A DNA stretch of 64,000 nt from Phoronis australis. Its lineage: Eukaryota > Animalia > Phoronida. Each line of letters opens with the position of its first letter. Within the stretch, counting starts at the first letter, position 1. Both the position numbers and the translations under genes were made by a program. Below are positions 27,886 through 41,088 of the stretch, in pieces. The DNA lies in contig NMRA01000001.1 of assembly GCA_002633005.1 (NCBI GenBank), positions 2,711,695 through 2,775,694 on the forward strand, in the 5' to 3' direction. Below the pieces are notes generated by a model that was given only the letters and a program-made list of their open reading frames with translations, did no database searches and had not been told where the DNA came from.

Positions 27886-30800
27886 CAAGCGCTCGTGCCT
27901 TTCTGTATTCTGGAGTAGTTTCTGACTACAGGAATACGAGCAAGTTTTTTAAAAACACATGCAACATACCTATATGTCAAGAGTCACTTCATGACAAAGT
28001 TAGTCAATTGCGGTAACATGACATTGACATATCGCTAGTTTGTATACTTGGAAAGAATAATGAACAACCACAGTCATCCATAACAAAAAGGTTGTTTCTT
28101 GGATCCTGTAAATTTAGGGCATGTTAAAAAAAAGAGTGCAGGTGGTCTGATGTTGTTCGGTGTGCATCAGATGTGTGCAGGCCTCATGATTGGGCCCACT
28201 GCACAAAACGCCCGAGCTAAAAACACCCGAGCTATAAACACCCGAGCTAAAAACACAAGAGCCCTGTTATAGATTAACAGGTTCTATGTGAAGGAAGTTT
28301 ACAAGGCTGCCCTTCTCCTTCAACAAGACAGTCAGACTTTTCCATTTGTGGCCATGCACTATATGTTGTAGGCATGTAACAATACCATCCAGTGGGTTAC
28401 ACCTTACTAGTAGCCTATAAAAACCTGGGTAAGACTCTACCAGGTGCTTAGGGGTTTCAACATCAGTACCACACTCAGGGAACACTGGGCCCTCATATAC
28501 CCAGTGATGGGCCTATGTTGGGTGAGGGTATGTAAGATCATGTATAACTTATTCATGTTATTGAATGTTGCAAAATGAGTCTGAAGTCTCATAAATAAAG
28601 AATAAGACACTAAAAGAAAGTATATGTCTCCATTTCCTCAGTATTCCAATGCCAAAAAGGTAATTAAGCCACGTAGCCTTATAAAACCTTACCATGGTAG
28701 TGCATGATTTCCATTACCAATAAGAACATCAAAACTATCAGAGACTGAAGAAAATGCTGTAGAATGCGGTTGGCCAAACCTAAAATTTGAAAACAGCGCA
28801 TGCATATACCTCCTGTGAGTGTGAGTTGAGTGTCCAGCTCATTCAACACTTCAAGATGGGATATGCCTGGCTATGTTTTTAAACCCTAAGGTGGTGCGGT
28901 TAAGAATTTAACAAAGACAAAGCAGTGAAATGTTATTTTACGGAACTGTCAAGTTGAATGTTTAAAGGCAAAAAGTAGCAAAAAGTTGTTCAAGTGTTAG
29001 TTGTTTTGCAATAGCGTCTAAGTTTTAAACTTTGCCGGGACACCAGATGATAAGAGTATCTTGTAACGTTACCAAGAGTTAACACGCAAACTGGGCAGGA
29101 TTTGAACAAGGACGATTTCAGTGATATTTAAAATTCTTTGGTAACACCATGCTGTAAGGTGGGATCGTCAAATCCAATATTGCTCAGTGTCAATTAACGA
29201 AAGTTAACGTATTCCATCTTCGTTAACTCTACCAGTCTTGACCACCAGAACTCGAAATTGGGTCAAACAGACCTTGCTTTTGTGCACTTAATACACAAGA
29301 ATTGTACACCTAATGCTGCCTATTGAAATGTTGAGATGCAAGGGGGTAAATAAGTTCATTTTTCGCAATAAAATATAACACTTTTGTTGGCTTTTAATCA
29401 GAGTTAAATGTACCAGGGCTATTGCACTAAGCCACCAATTGTTTAATTTTAAATGGACTTCCAAGGTAGGTTGCCTTAATTTCGACACAATTTGTGGAGC
29501 AACACCTGTCATGATTTTGTCGAGATTTAGCTAGTAGCAGTTTTGGATACCAAATTGCCCTAAAATTTTTTACTATGTCCAGTTTAATTCCAAACCTACC
29601 TTAAATAATAAAAGTCATTAAATGTGAAAAAATTAAGTTAGCCCAAACATTGAAAGACAACTGAATGTTCTACAAGGCAGTACCCAAAAAATTTAAAAGA
29701 AATTAAAATTGGCGAAGTTAACTCAAAGATTTTCTGCAATTTTCCACATCTCAGACAAGGGAAAAGTGACAGAAAATTGGACTTCACCTTATTAAAAATG
29801 AGTAAAATGACATTTTCGAAGACATGAACGCATGAAACAATAGCATTTCAGAAAAATCAATTTTCGTGACACGTCAAGTTCCCATTATAATTCATTTTAC
29901 CTGCAGACTTTCACACACATACAGTGAAACCAATATTTATTATTACACAATAACTGACACTTCTGTCCTGTGATTGGCTGAAATGCGGTGCAACTTCCAA
30001 CATAGCACAATATTGACCAAGTTGGTGTGGAATATCACTTCATTCATGCCCGAACCACAGGTGTCACTATTCACAATCTGACCAATCAGACGACACAGAA
30101 ACATAAGTCCTGGCCATGATAGAGGAGATGATGTCATTACATCAAAGCAGATAAGAACATGTGAATCTAATAAGACAAAAATATGAGGAAAGAAGCATTA
30201 GTGAACATGTAATAAGAATATAGACCAAAGTCTCCTGCATAACAGGTCACATGGTCTTCGAGAAAGCAATATTGACCTTGGCCTTTGACCTCGAGCAACA
30301 TTGCTCTCCTTCCGTCCATATGGCCTGAAAAACTCGTGTGATTGGCCCATAATGACTAAAACCATATTGTCATGAGTACTGGCTCATTAAAGGGTAACAT
30401 AACCTTAATTTTTTCTTGAAAATGTCTCTGATCAATTTGACATATTCCAATACTATGAAGGAATTTCAGACCTTTTTGATCAATCTCCATCAAAATGAAT
30501 ATAGTAAAAACATACCAATTCTCCAAATTGGATATGTGCCACAGTGAGCAATTTCCGGACATATCAGCCCATCCAATAAAGCTGCGTTATCTCTTTTTGT
30601 CATTCTCTAAGCTCGAGGGCCGAGACGCCTTCTAATTTTCAATGACAGCCCTGATACAAAACAATTTGCCAGAAACGAGCAGCATAACTAACACAACAGC
30701 AGTTCAACTGCTCAGACATTGTTTGCATTGTGCAACTTGCTGACTGCACCACGCCGCTGGTTTAAAAATTACTTAATTTAATTTCTTACAAAAACCAACC

Positions 30801-33179
30801 AAAAAGGTTCAAGACACCTTTCACAGACATAAAATACGTGTAATCGACTAAAACCGCATAAAAATGGCAACAGCCCCTCCAAGAATGATTTCCTATTTCA
30901 TAATTAGATTTTAGCTTACAATTTTACAAGAAAATAAACATTTTAACACTTCAAATTTTACGCACATTCCACGTTACCAGAGACGAATGGAGTCCTGAAG
31001 TATATTCTTTTTTGAAAAAAAAAACCAGGCACATAGCTCAGAATTGTCCAGTACAGTACAAGTGCCAGTCCCCATAACTAAGCCTTAGCAGCAAAGTTCT
31101 CGATGCAAGTTTAACCACAATTCTTCAAGTAATTTCGACAAGTGCTAAAACTACGATAGTTCTACCTGCCTACAAAAATCAAATTTTCCCAGGTGTTTTT
31201 CTGTGACGGTCACGGAATGCAAACCTTGCTGCCAGCAGAGTATAACTTTAGAACTCGACAACAAATCCACTTGTCGGACATAGTGTGTGCTAAATAGCTG
31301 AAGAATTATGATACCTAGTATCTCAACAGGTTAAGTGGCAAGCGATTTAATAAGCAATGTTCGCTTCATTTCAAGTATGCTTTCAAGACGACTGCAACTA
31401 TGAAGTCCACCATTAGCTAGACCTGTAAAGTGCTAGTTGAAATGGATTCTGCAATTAATGAATCACCAAGGAATGACGCGGCGGCACGCGCTAGGAAGGC
31501 ATCGTAATAACATCCAGCATAGATTGTATTATAAAGAACCTCAGTTCACACTGTATTCCAGCATGTAATAATGGTGTCCGTATTTTGAGAACCAGTTTTC
31601 TCCACTGAATAATGGGCATCAAAATGGTTCTCAAATTGTGGGCACCTTATTCATGACTATTGCCCAGTGTGTTGTATTGTAAACCTTAGATTGTTCATGA
31701 GTTTCCCAGCACGCTTGCCTCCTCTGTTAACCGTCAGCAAAGCAAGATGAATTGTGTGTGTGCGTGCCTGTGAGTGTAGTTTCACTAACATAGTGCACCT
31801 GTTTCCGCAGGTATAATTAATAATGCAACTACTTATACTTGGGAAACGTAGCAAAAACAAGCTTCCCAGCAAAACAACAAGTCTGATGCTGGCTAGAGAC
31901 AGTTTCAGCAAAACGTTCAGAGGATTTTAAGTTTAAGATAAATAAGTGGCATCCCTGGGCCAAAAAAGATAAAATTCCTTTAGCATTTTCTTATCAGTTA
32001 AACTGAGAATTACCACTTCACAATGCAGACTTTAAGCGAATACTTTCGCCTTTGAGTCGTCAAAACTCAGATTTTCTAGCCATGTGCAGATTGCTAAGCT
32101 CAGTGGCCAAAACAAAGACTGTAAATAAACTCAAGATGAAATATCTAGTGTCACAGTAAAAGCTTGAGAGAGATGATTGAAAAAGCTGTATTCCAGGACA
32201 GATTACTGAAGCATGCACTGATATGTGATTACAGTACAGTAAATGGCAGTTCGCCAGAACAGAGCCATTCAGCTTAAGTAAACACCATCAAAGATTTTGG
32301 AACTTTGGAAGGAGTTAAATAGGTGTTGACTTTTATTTGCCAAGATACAATGCCTCCTGGCACTTTGGCACTTTCTGGGTCTGTATATTTATTGTAATGA
32401 CTCTTTCATAATAAACATTCAGAAAAAAACTTTTATGTGAGCGTGCATGCACAAGTAGGGTATAACTTAATTCCGAATTTAAAGCATTCCTTGAAGGGAT
32501 TTTTGTACTTTTAAATGTGTTAGGAAAACAGAAAGTCCCAGGAAAACTTAAACAACAATTAAATAATTCAAATGCATTTTCGCACCATATTGAGTCACCG
32601 CAAGAGCTAAGAACAACGAATGCAAGTAGCTGAACTGAGCCGGGATTTGAATAAATCACAACATCATTCTTGCAATGACATTGAAGAATGTAACTCAATA
32701 AATCAAGACGTACATTACATTTGCCACTTTAAGGCATGTTATGTTCAGAATGATGCTCAAAACATTGTAACTACGTTGATGTGAACAACTGTTCAAGGTG
32801 AGCTTTAATGACAAAATTTGACGAGATTTTCTAAAGTCAGAAAGGGGTCTCAATAACGAATGATCACCAGTCACCAGGAGTCGCCAAGAGTCACCAGGGC
32901 TCAGTGGCAATGTAAATACAACACTACCGAGTTATGTTCTTCAGTGACATTAAAACCCATCCCTTGTGTAGTAGTGAGAGAAAACATAAATAAGTGCCAA
33001 AGTGTTTGTGTTAAGGAAGGGTGGGCTACAATGACTTGATGGAAGTGGAGGTCAGTGTTCTTAAAGTGATTCCTAGCTTCAACTTGAAATTGGCAAAAAT
33101 ATGAACCAACCACAGGGCACCAGCAAATTACAACATATAAGACATAAGGATTTCCAGAAGAAGCAATGGCACCTATGAT

Positions 33180-33434
33180 GTAAGTGCAGGGCTGTCAGGC
33201 AACATTCACTTGTACCTTTGAATAGACGCACCGATATTTTGGTCATTTCTTCAGTCTTCAGTAATAGATGCAGATAACCATGTTTAACTATGCCACAAAA
33301 GTAATGCAGGGCTGTCAGGCAACATTCACTTGTACCTTTGAATAGACACACCGATATTTTGGTCATTTCTTCAGTCTTCAGTAATACCGGTAGACGCAGA
33401 TAACCATGTTTAACTATGCCACAAAAGTAATGCA
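33180..33434. repeat. Tandem duplication, ~120-126-bp unit, 2 copies
   Basis: TGCAGGGCTGTCAGGCAACATTC.. at 33185 and 33305. Confidence 0.9.
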
Positions 33435-34059
33435 CACTTCATCACATATTAGTGGGCTTTCAATTCACCAGGTGGAGCTAAAGAGAAGGCACTCCAACCT
33501 GTAGAAATGCAGCGTTTAGGTAGACACCGACAGCCCCATATCAGTGAAGTGCTTTCTGCTCTGAATCTATTCGGGGTTTAAAAAGAGTAGTGTTCATCCA
33601 TTAGCATCACCTCATGAATATAGAATCTATCATTTGCCAATTCAATAAAGTCCAATTCTATTTCTCTAAAGATGCCATAACATAAAACATCAAGGCTTTG
33701 CTGTATGGAATTCATAAAACAATCTTGATATTTACTGATTTTCTTTCAGTTATCCTTTGTTCAGTTTGTCGTATATTTCGTATTGGTTCATTTGCAGTTA
33801 TTCCATTTTATCATTTTATGATTCTCTAATATATCATTCTGCCCTGTATAGTTTGGAGAAATTCTCCTTCAGCTCATTAAAACACTGATTGTTCAACATA
33901 CTGTCCATAGAATCTGTTATTTGTTATCTAAGCAATCAATATACGTAACACAACTATTCCTGGCAATGACCAGTTGAAAGCTAAGAGCAAAAATTAAGGT
34001 AATATGATTCTTTGTCAATAAGGATCAAATTTCTTGAAGTGGGACTTGCAGACTAATTC

Positions 34060-34440
34060 CTGATCTCTGTGATTGCATGGCCAAATTAGTTAGAAACACA
34101 GCATATGGCTACGATGTGAATATGAAGTTAGTTGAAAATTGCCAAATGTTTTTAAGAACTAGTTTTGTTCCGAAAATGATCCACCGCAAATCACTGAACC
34201 GTGTCCAGTAAGCACCGTGATGTGGTGTTGGGGAATAAAACTGCATGATGCGGGCCATGTGAGCCAACAAGGTACGTTATTAGAGCAAAGGTCACCTATT
34301 TGTAGATTTTTTATTTTCACATTTACAAGGTGTCAATGAATACAACTGCACTTTGTTTAGCGTAGATCACGTTCAACTAGAATTGCCGTTTAGTTCCTGC
34401 TATACATTAATATAGTTAGGAGCATGCAAATACATCTTTA
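34060..34440 (+). repeat. Dispersed repeat, second copy ~38075-38445
   Basis: Shared CAAATTAGTTAGAAA..GAAAATTGCCAAATGTTTTTAAGAAC..CTGCACTTTGTTTAGCGTAGAT. Confidence 0.8.
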
Positions 34441-36880
34441 AATAGCTTTTGAAATGTTTTAAAATTATTCAAATAATATAGACCAATTTATCTATATTTT
34501 TAAAATCCTTGATTAAGAGTGTGCAATTCTGACATGTCTGTAATCACGTGATGTGTTTTTTTCTAAAAAATCGTGATTTCCATAAACAATTTTTTTCGCA
34601 TGAATTTTACAAATGCTGTTTCTTTATTTTATTACCACAAAAGTGTGTCAGGGATTTTCGTTCAAGGCCTATTAGATGAGAGCTCGGATGTCAAATATCA
34701 GGAATTCCATTTTTTAAGGAATGTTGACATCTTAATTAATTATTGACAGCAGAGTTTTCAAGCTGAAAGGCCATAAAAGAAAATCCCAGACACCATTTGT
34801 TAGCTAGTAGAATTTGCAATTTTCATGCAAAAAATCATATTAGTGAAAATTACATTGAACTTTGTGAAAAATCAATATTTTTCACAGCATACAGCCGCAT
34901 TATTTTGAAGACCTAGGTATTATTTTTGTGCACATTAAAGATTTTGGGGGTGATTAACACTACTATAACGGAAAATCTCACCTATTTCAGAAAGAAATAA
35001 TTGCCAAATTGCTCTTTTTCATTTTTTATTGATTTGTAAGATTGCTGTAAGTACCTCAAAATTTTCAAAATATTATCTGGTGGAAGCAATGGTACACAAA
35101 AACATAGGCGGCCATTTTCTTGGTGTAACATATCTTCTATGAAAAAATGAGAAAATAAAATTTAACTCGACTGCCATACTGTGTCTTAAATTAGTGAGAG
35201 TTTGCCGTAGTTTAATTGGTCTAGTTAATAAAAACTTAAAAAGTTAAGAAATCAGATTCTTTTCCATGATTACCTTTAATGCTTAAGGCTAAAAATAAAG
35301 TTTTATTTCAAATTTTATTTCAAAACTGACCATTCACACCCACCAAGTCACACTAAAGTTGTTGCAAGAAACAATTTGTTCCTCGTACAAACACATTTCA
35401 AGACGACCGCTCCGTCTTGATGTCAAGCTGCTACCCGATTTCTGCTTTAACTCAAACACTTAATGACAGCTTGCAAAGAAAAGAAGAAATAATTATACTG
35501 CACAGAGGCATGACGACGAGACAGCGACGGCGATCCAATTTCCACTTTGGTCCAACTGTCGAGAAACACAGAATATTGATTAAAAGTTCACTTCAACATG
35601 CCAATTGCACTCTTGTTAAAATGTAAAGGAAATTATTTCTGCCAACGCCGGAGTCGATTCGTTTGAATAATGAGACTACAACTAGATCGGATCTGGTTTA
35701 AACAGCGAGGAATAATATATCCAATCTCAACATTTCTTCCAACTTTCCACACAAGAAATTTCTAATTTTGCACAGTTTTTTTTGATAAGTATTCCTTACT
35801 GAAAGTGGTGCACGTCCATGAGATACAGTGTTTCACGTAAAGACACTTGGCAGACAGCTGCCCACATAACATGTTGTTTTCAAATGGCTGGGTAATATCC
35901 ACTCATGTTACATAATTCTAATTATTACATAAATGAACGTAAAAATACATAATGTGTTTTGTGTTTTTCTTTGCATGTGTCAGAGTCAACTTTAAAGCAG
36001 GTGTTTGTTTAAATGCGTTTAACATGTTCTGAGGGTAATGGCTATAAGATAGAAAGTTACACTTGGGAAATGGCTGACTGAAACGGACAAAACTATTGAT
36101 CAAAACAGGTCCACAAGCCCTGCAGTCCAGTCAACAAACTATTTTCAAAGCAGTAGCTGAGCAAGTGATTTTTATGCTTACAGAGCTAAATGTCAAGTGC
36201 ATAACAGCAAGCTGACGTGAAGTAAAAGGTTACAGTAATTATTGGCATAGTAGTACAAGAAAAAAGTATGCAATACATAATCAATAACATACCAAAAGAG
36301 CTAAAATATTTGAAAAGTCAAAGCTTTCAAACACACCATGCATACTGTTTCAGTAACAAATGACACCATACCGTAGACATCAGAAAAATGCTGGTGTCTT
36401 CCTTCACAATAACCATGTAGGCACTTATACTGTGTTCACATGAGTGACAAAACTGGTGCACTGCTTTACTGGCTAAAATGCTGGTGAAAACTTTTTAACA
36501 TTTTAGCCAGACAGACGAGCTGTCAGCAAAGGGGTCACCTTTGCCAGTAGTTGTTTCCTCAATACTACAATCACTCTTCAGCGAAAAGTCGTGTCAAAAC
36601 ATGTTCACTCTCTGCCATAAATAGATTAAAGCAATGATAAACAAAGGCCTCGCATCCCCGCGCAAGTGTCCCTCTTGAAACAACGGGTCTGGCAACAAAA
36701 ACGCTAGCGAAAACACTAGTAAAAGTGACACTAGTGACACCTGAGGTTCATCCAGGATTTCAAAAATAGGGTATCCATGACCAACAATGCTTGGCAGCAT
36801 GTTATGACCACAATTCAAATTGGTATTATAGTGTGATATTGGACTGTGGAGACATGGTTCTGTACTTAAGTTTTTTGTAT

Positions 36881-37049
36881 TACCGTAAACTCGCGAGTTA
36901 GCGTCCTTGGCGCTTAAATTGGGAAACCCCGAGATGAGATGGGGGGCTAGGCGATTACCCAAGCAGTGGGAGCTTAAATTGAACAATTGGCCAAAAGTCG
37001 GGGATGGGCAATTACCCGGGCATGGGCGTTAACCCGCGAATTTACAGTA
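36881..37049. mobile_element. Short TA-flanked MITE
   Basis: Ends TACCGTAAACTCGCGAGTTAGCG / CGTTAACCCGCGAATTTACAGTA. Related relics near 14030 and 17030. Confidence 0.7.
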
Positions 37050-39695
37050 CATCATTTCCAAACTTTTTCATTCTTGTCAGAAAAATGAGCTCGTAGACCA
37101 ACTGCTGGCAAAAGGTGAAATAGACACCAATGCTTACTAGCTTACTTTACTTGAGTGTCCAAATGCTGAACAGAGCGTCCTAACTAGGGTGTCTAAATTC
37201 GAGACAGGGTGTCTATTTGAATACCCAGGATACCCTCCAAGGGAAGGCCTGCTTGTAACCATTCACATGCCTGGCGTTTTTGTTTCTAGCAAAAGCAGCA
37301 GTGAAAACATATTTTAGCCAATTCGCAAATGCGGTGTTATGGGCTACAAGCCGATTGGTTATTGTGAGGTGAAGACATTGGACACAGTGTTGTGTCAATC
37401 GTCATGGAGGAAGAACCTGTAACTTTTCGAACATCATTAGTCTTATTGGTATCTTACTGATTGCACACATATTATTAAAAGAGCCGTTCATTCAATTTAA
37501 ATGTTGAAAGCAGTTTTGAGTTTCTTTTAAATATTCGTTGTATCAACATGGTAAGTGTGGGCCTTTCTTATAACTTGAACCGGAGTCGACACTTCAAAAA
37601 AGGCTTTGAAATGTTTGAAGTTTCAAAACAAGTACAATGATCCAAAAACCATATCTGTTCGATAAACAATAAAAGTTGTCAAAAAGTTAAAGCTACATTT
37701 CTCATAAAACTGATCTTGCAATAATCCTCACCGAGAAACGAGAATACCAAGACCATAAATGACTCAAGCAAACGCTTCAGATTTTATTGGGATTGGTCAA
37801 CCCTAAAATTGTAAAATCAAAGTTGGTGCATGTACGCATTAACTGTGACTTGAGTTGCTGGCTCATTCAGCAACAATTAGGGATCGGCTGAGCATGGTCA
37901 TATTTCAAACCCCAAAATGCTTTGGTTCAGAATTCAACATTGACAACTGAATAGTGGCATAATGCACTTTTAAGTGCTCAGCTTCGAAAAAAAATAAAAA
38001 ACTTTCAATGAGAAATAAAAAAGAACGAAACATTTGAATAATATTACTAAAGAATTAAAGTAGAACTTGCATGGTAATTCCTTATCTCTGTTATTGCTTT
38101 GTCAAATTAGTTAGAAATACAACAAGGATGTGAATATAAAGTAGTTTGAAAATTGCCAAATGTTTTTAAGAACGAGTTTTGTGTCGAAAATGATCTGCCG
38201 TAAATCACTCAACCGTGTCCAAAGTATCGTGACGTGGTGTTTGGGAATAACACTGCATGATCCGGGCTATGCGAGCCCGCGAGGTACGTCATTAGTGCAA
38301 AGGTCACTTATTTGCATTGTTTTCACATTTACAAGTTGTCAATGAATACAACTACTGCACTTTGTTTAGCGTAGATGATGTTCAAATAGCATTGTTGTTT
38401 AGTTCCCGCTATACATTAACATAGGAGTATGCAAGGACATCTTTAAAGCTGCAATACTTCCCATTTAGTTGGCTCAAAACAAAAATCCAATTAGGCCTTT
38501 TACTCTTGTAAAATTGATCCATGGCACAACCTGTTGCTGTTACTGAGAAAAACATACAAACACATATCAAGGAACGCATTGAAAAATCGCCATTTTCATT
38601 GTTGAGGTCAACCAACCCCTAAATTCAAAAATGGCGCGCTTCCCAAAACAAGTCAGTCACATGATACAACAATGACCCCTTCCTGTGAGTACAATGCAGG
38701 TCAGCAGCTGATTTTGGCTCTTTGGATACGAAACTGAAATATGTTTGAAATAACAGCTTAACAATGCAAAATGCAGCTTTAAACTTTCTAAACATTCATT
38801 TTGTAAACAAATTTGTCCAAGCAGAATTCCAGTTTTTCACAAGATCAGATGAATATTCATTGATGTCAGTGACAGTGACATCTTTTGAGAAATCCTTAAT
38901 TATGCTGAAGGAATGAATTTTGAAGAAACAATCTCCTTACAAGTTGAATGCGTTTTAACATTGATGGATTGGTCTAATTTTTGCAAGGAAAATTCTGTGG
39001 TTTTTTGACGTTTAGCCCTAACGTTAGAACCTAAAATCACTTTAAATGATTATAATTTTTCAAAAAAATAAAACACCTGAATGTCACGAGTTCCCAAATG
39101 CGAAGTTGATGTGAAAGTAATTCACAGCAATTCTCTACAATGTCTGTCTATGATCAATTCTTCATTTGCAACACATGCTATGCAAGTTGTTTGTCGGTTC
39201 TAGCTTGTGAATGAGTCGAAGGTAGTTTTAGAACTCCTGAACGACATTTTCTGCTATATTGCTGGAATCCATTCAACGAAATTGGCTTCATATTCCTTAA
39301 TAGAGACACAGACTGGAAGATGACCATGCAAGCATGAGAGCTTGTAATCAGTGAGCAAGAATTGTTTTCCACATGTTCTTCACGAGCAAGTGATGTTATC
39401 GGAGACAAAAGCAGTTGTACAGAATTACAAAAATTTTATCTCAAACAACAAAAACGACAGTTGTTCAAAGGACTTTAATTGATTTCAAGAAGTCCATAAA
39501 AACTGTAATGCATGGGATTAAAAGCATATCCCATCAAGTACCGGCTTTTATCATCAATACATTAATATCAGACAAGCTTTTGACATCCGACATAGAAACC
39601 TCATACATGAATCATGTTGAGAAAAGTGTGACACTCTTTGGCTAACAAAGAGTCTTTGAGTAATTAAAAAGTGAAATAGATGGATTATACAGACT

Positions 39696-40132
39696 GTTGC
39701 TGCAGCCATAACAAACACACTTGCTAACATCTGCGATCGTTTCCCTGCACATTTAGCAACCACTAATCCAAGATGTTGCTTGTGTATGACGTCAGGACAC
39801 ATGAATCTACTAGGCCGTCTAAAGAATGTGTTACTGGTGCACTGCTGCATTGGTCAGAAGAAGTTTATCTATCATGTATGTGACGTTTCAAACCATAATT
39901 CAAGATATTAACTGTAGTTGCTGCAGCCACAACGAACAAATTTGCTACCAACTGTGACCGTTTCCCTGTGCATTTCGCAACCGCTAATTGAAGAGGTTGC
40001 TTGTTTATGATGTAGGACAAATCTACTAGGCCATCTATTTATAGCATGTTGTGCTGGTACGTTGCTCTATTGGTCTGAGGAAGTTTGTCTATCACGTACA
40101 TGGCTTTTCAAACCTTAATTCAAGGATGTTTA
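39696..40132. repeat. Diverged tandem duplication, ~220-bp unit, 2 copies
   Basis: GTTGCTGCAGCCA..TTTCCCTG..ATCTACTAGGCC..AATTCAAG present twice. Confidence 0.8.
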
Positions 40133-41088
40133 ACCTCGACAATGTAGTAAAGTGGGCTTTCACCAGTAGTCGTGTCAAGGTTCCCCCTATCAATCGAGCA
40201 TGAACCACCACAGGTATCACAAAAATGTGAACATAAGTCTGTAACACCGCAATTTATACCCGATACACACTATGTCTCAGAAGTCCCAACGCCAATAACA
40301 GTGTCAGTGGACACCAGCATTTCATCTTTATGCTGATGGCAGTCATTTATTACTGTAACCTCAATATATCAATAAAGAAGAAGTCCAGTAGGCCCTAGGA
40401 ATTACACGCAAGATCGTTACGACTAAAACAGACAACTAAATCCTAAGTAAGTGATAAAAATAAAGATTTTGCAATAGGCAGATACAGGAAAGATGAGTAA
40501 TATCATCAACTTCCACTACCGAGAATCCATGAATTTCGACAATTTGATTTTCCACGTAATGCTATCCAATTATGTAACCAATCTTTTAAGCCCCAAACGC
40601 TTGGCAAGATGTCCACGAATCCCGGAATACAAGCAATGACTCAGTATTTATTTTCAACTTAGAAAATGAAAAGCAAGTTTTATCAGAGAGGTACTGTACA
40701 TTACAAGAGCTTAATATCAAGCACCTTAAATAGACATTTTCCACGATGACATGTCTTGCCACTAGATGGCGATAGGGTAGTTGGCGGAAAGCGTTGTGAC
40801 TTCTTGAACAGTTATTTTCCAGCATTTTTTTATAAATTCTTTGTGATCATCATGGGGTCAAATTGCAATTGTAGTGCAGTGCGTAAAACATGTCCAGTGT
40901 CTCGTAACGTCTCAGAATGAAAGTCGTCCACATAAACTCCGGCCATCTTGAACATCTAAAATACACTTGGTGAACTGAAACATGCTAACGAGTTGCATCT
41001 ACAAAAGTTTGCGGTTAGACATAATATGAAAACTAAGAATGTACATGACAAGATCAGCACACGTGAAACCACATACCACAACATGCAA

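Noticed and set aside
29200-29560. Possible decayed LINE reverse-transcriptase relics (also ~9900-10250, 33560-33950, 43950-44350)
   Set aside because: Only faint resemblance with many stops; needs a tBLASTn or Dfam search.
33079-33435. 118-aa ORF with an internal repeat
   Set aside because: Explained by the ~120-bp tandem duplication; no splice or homology support.
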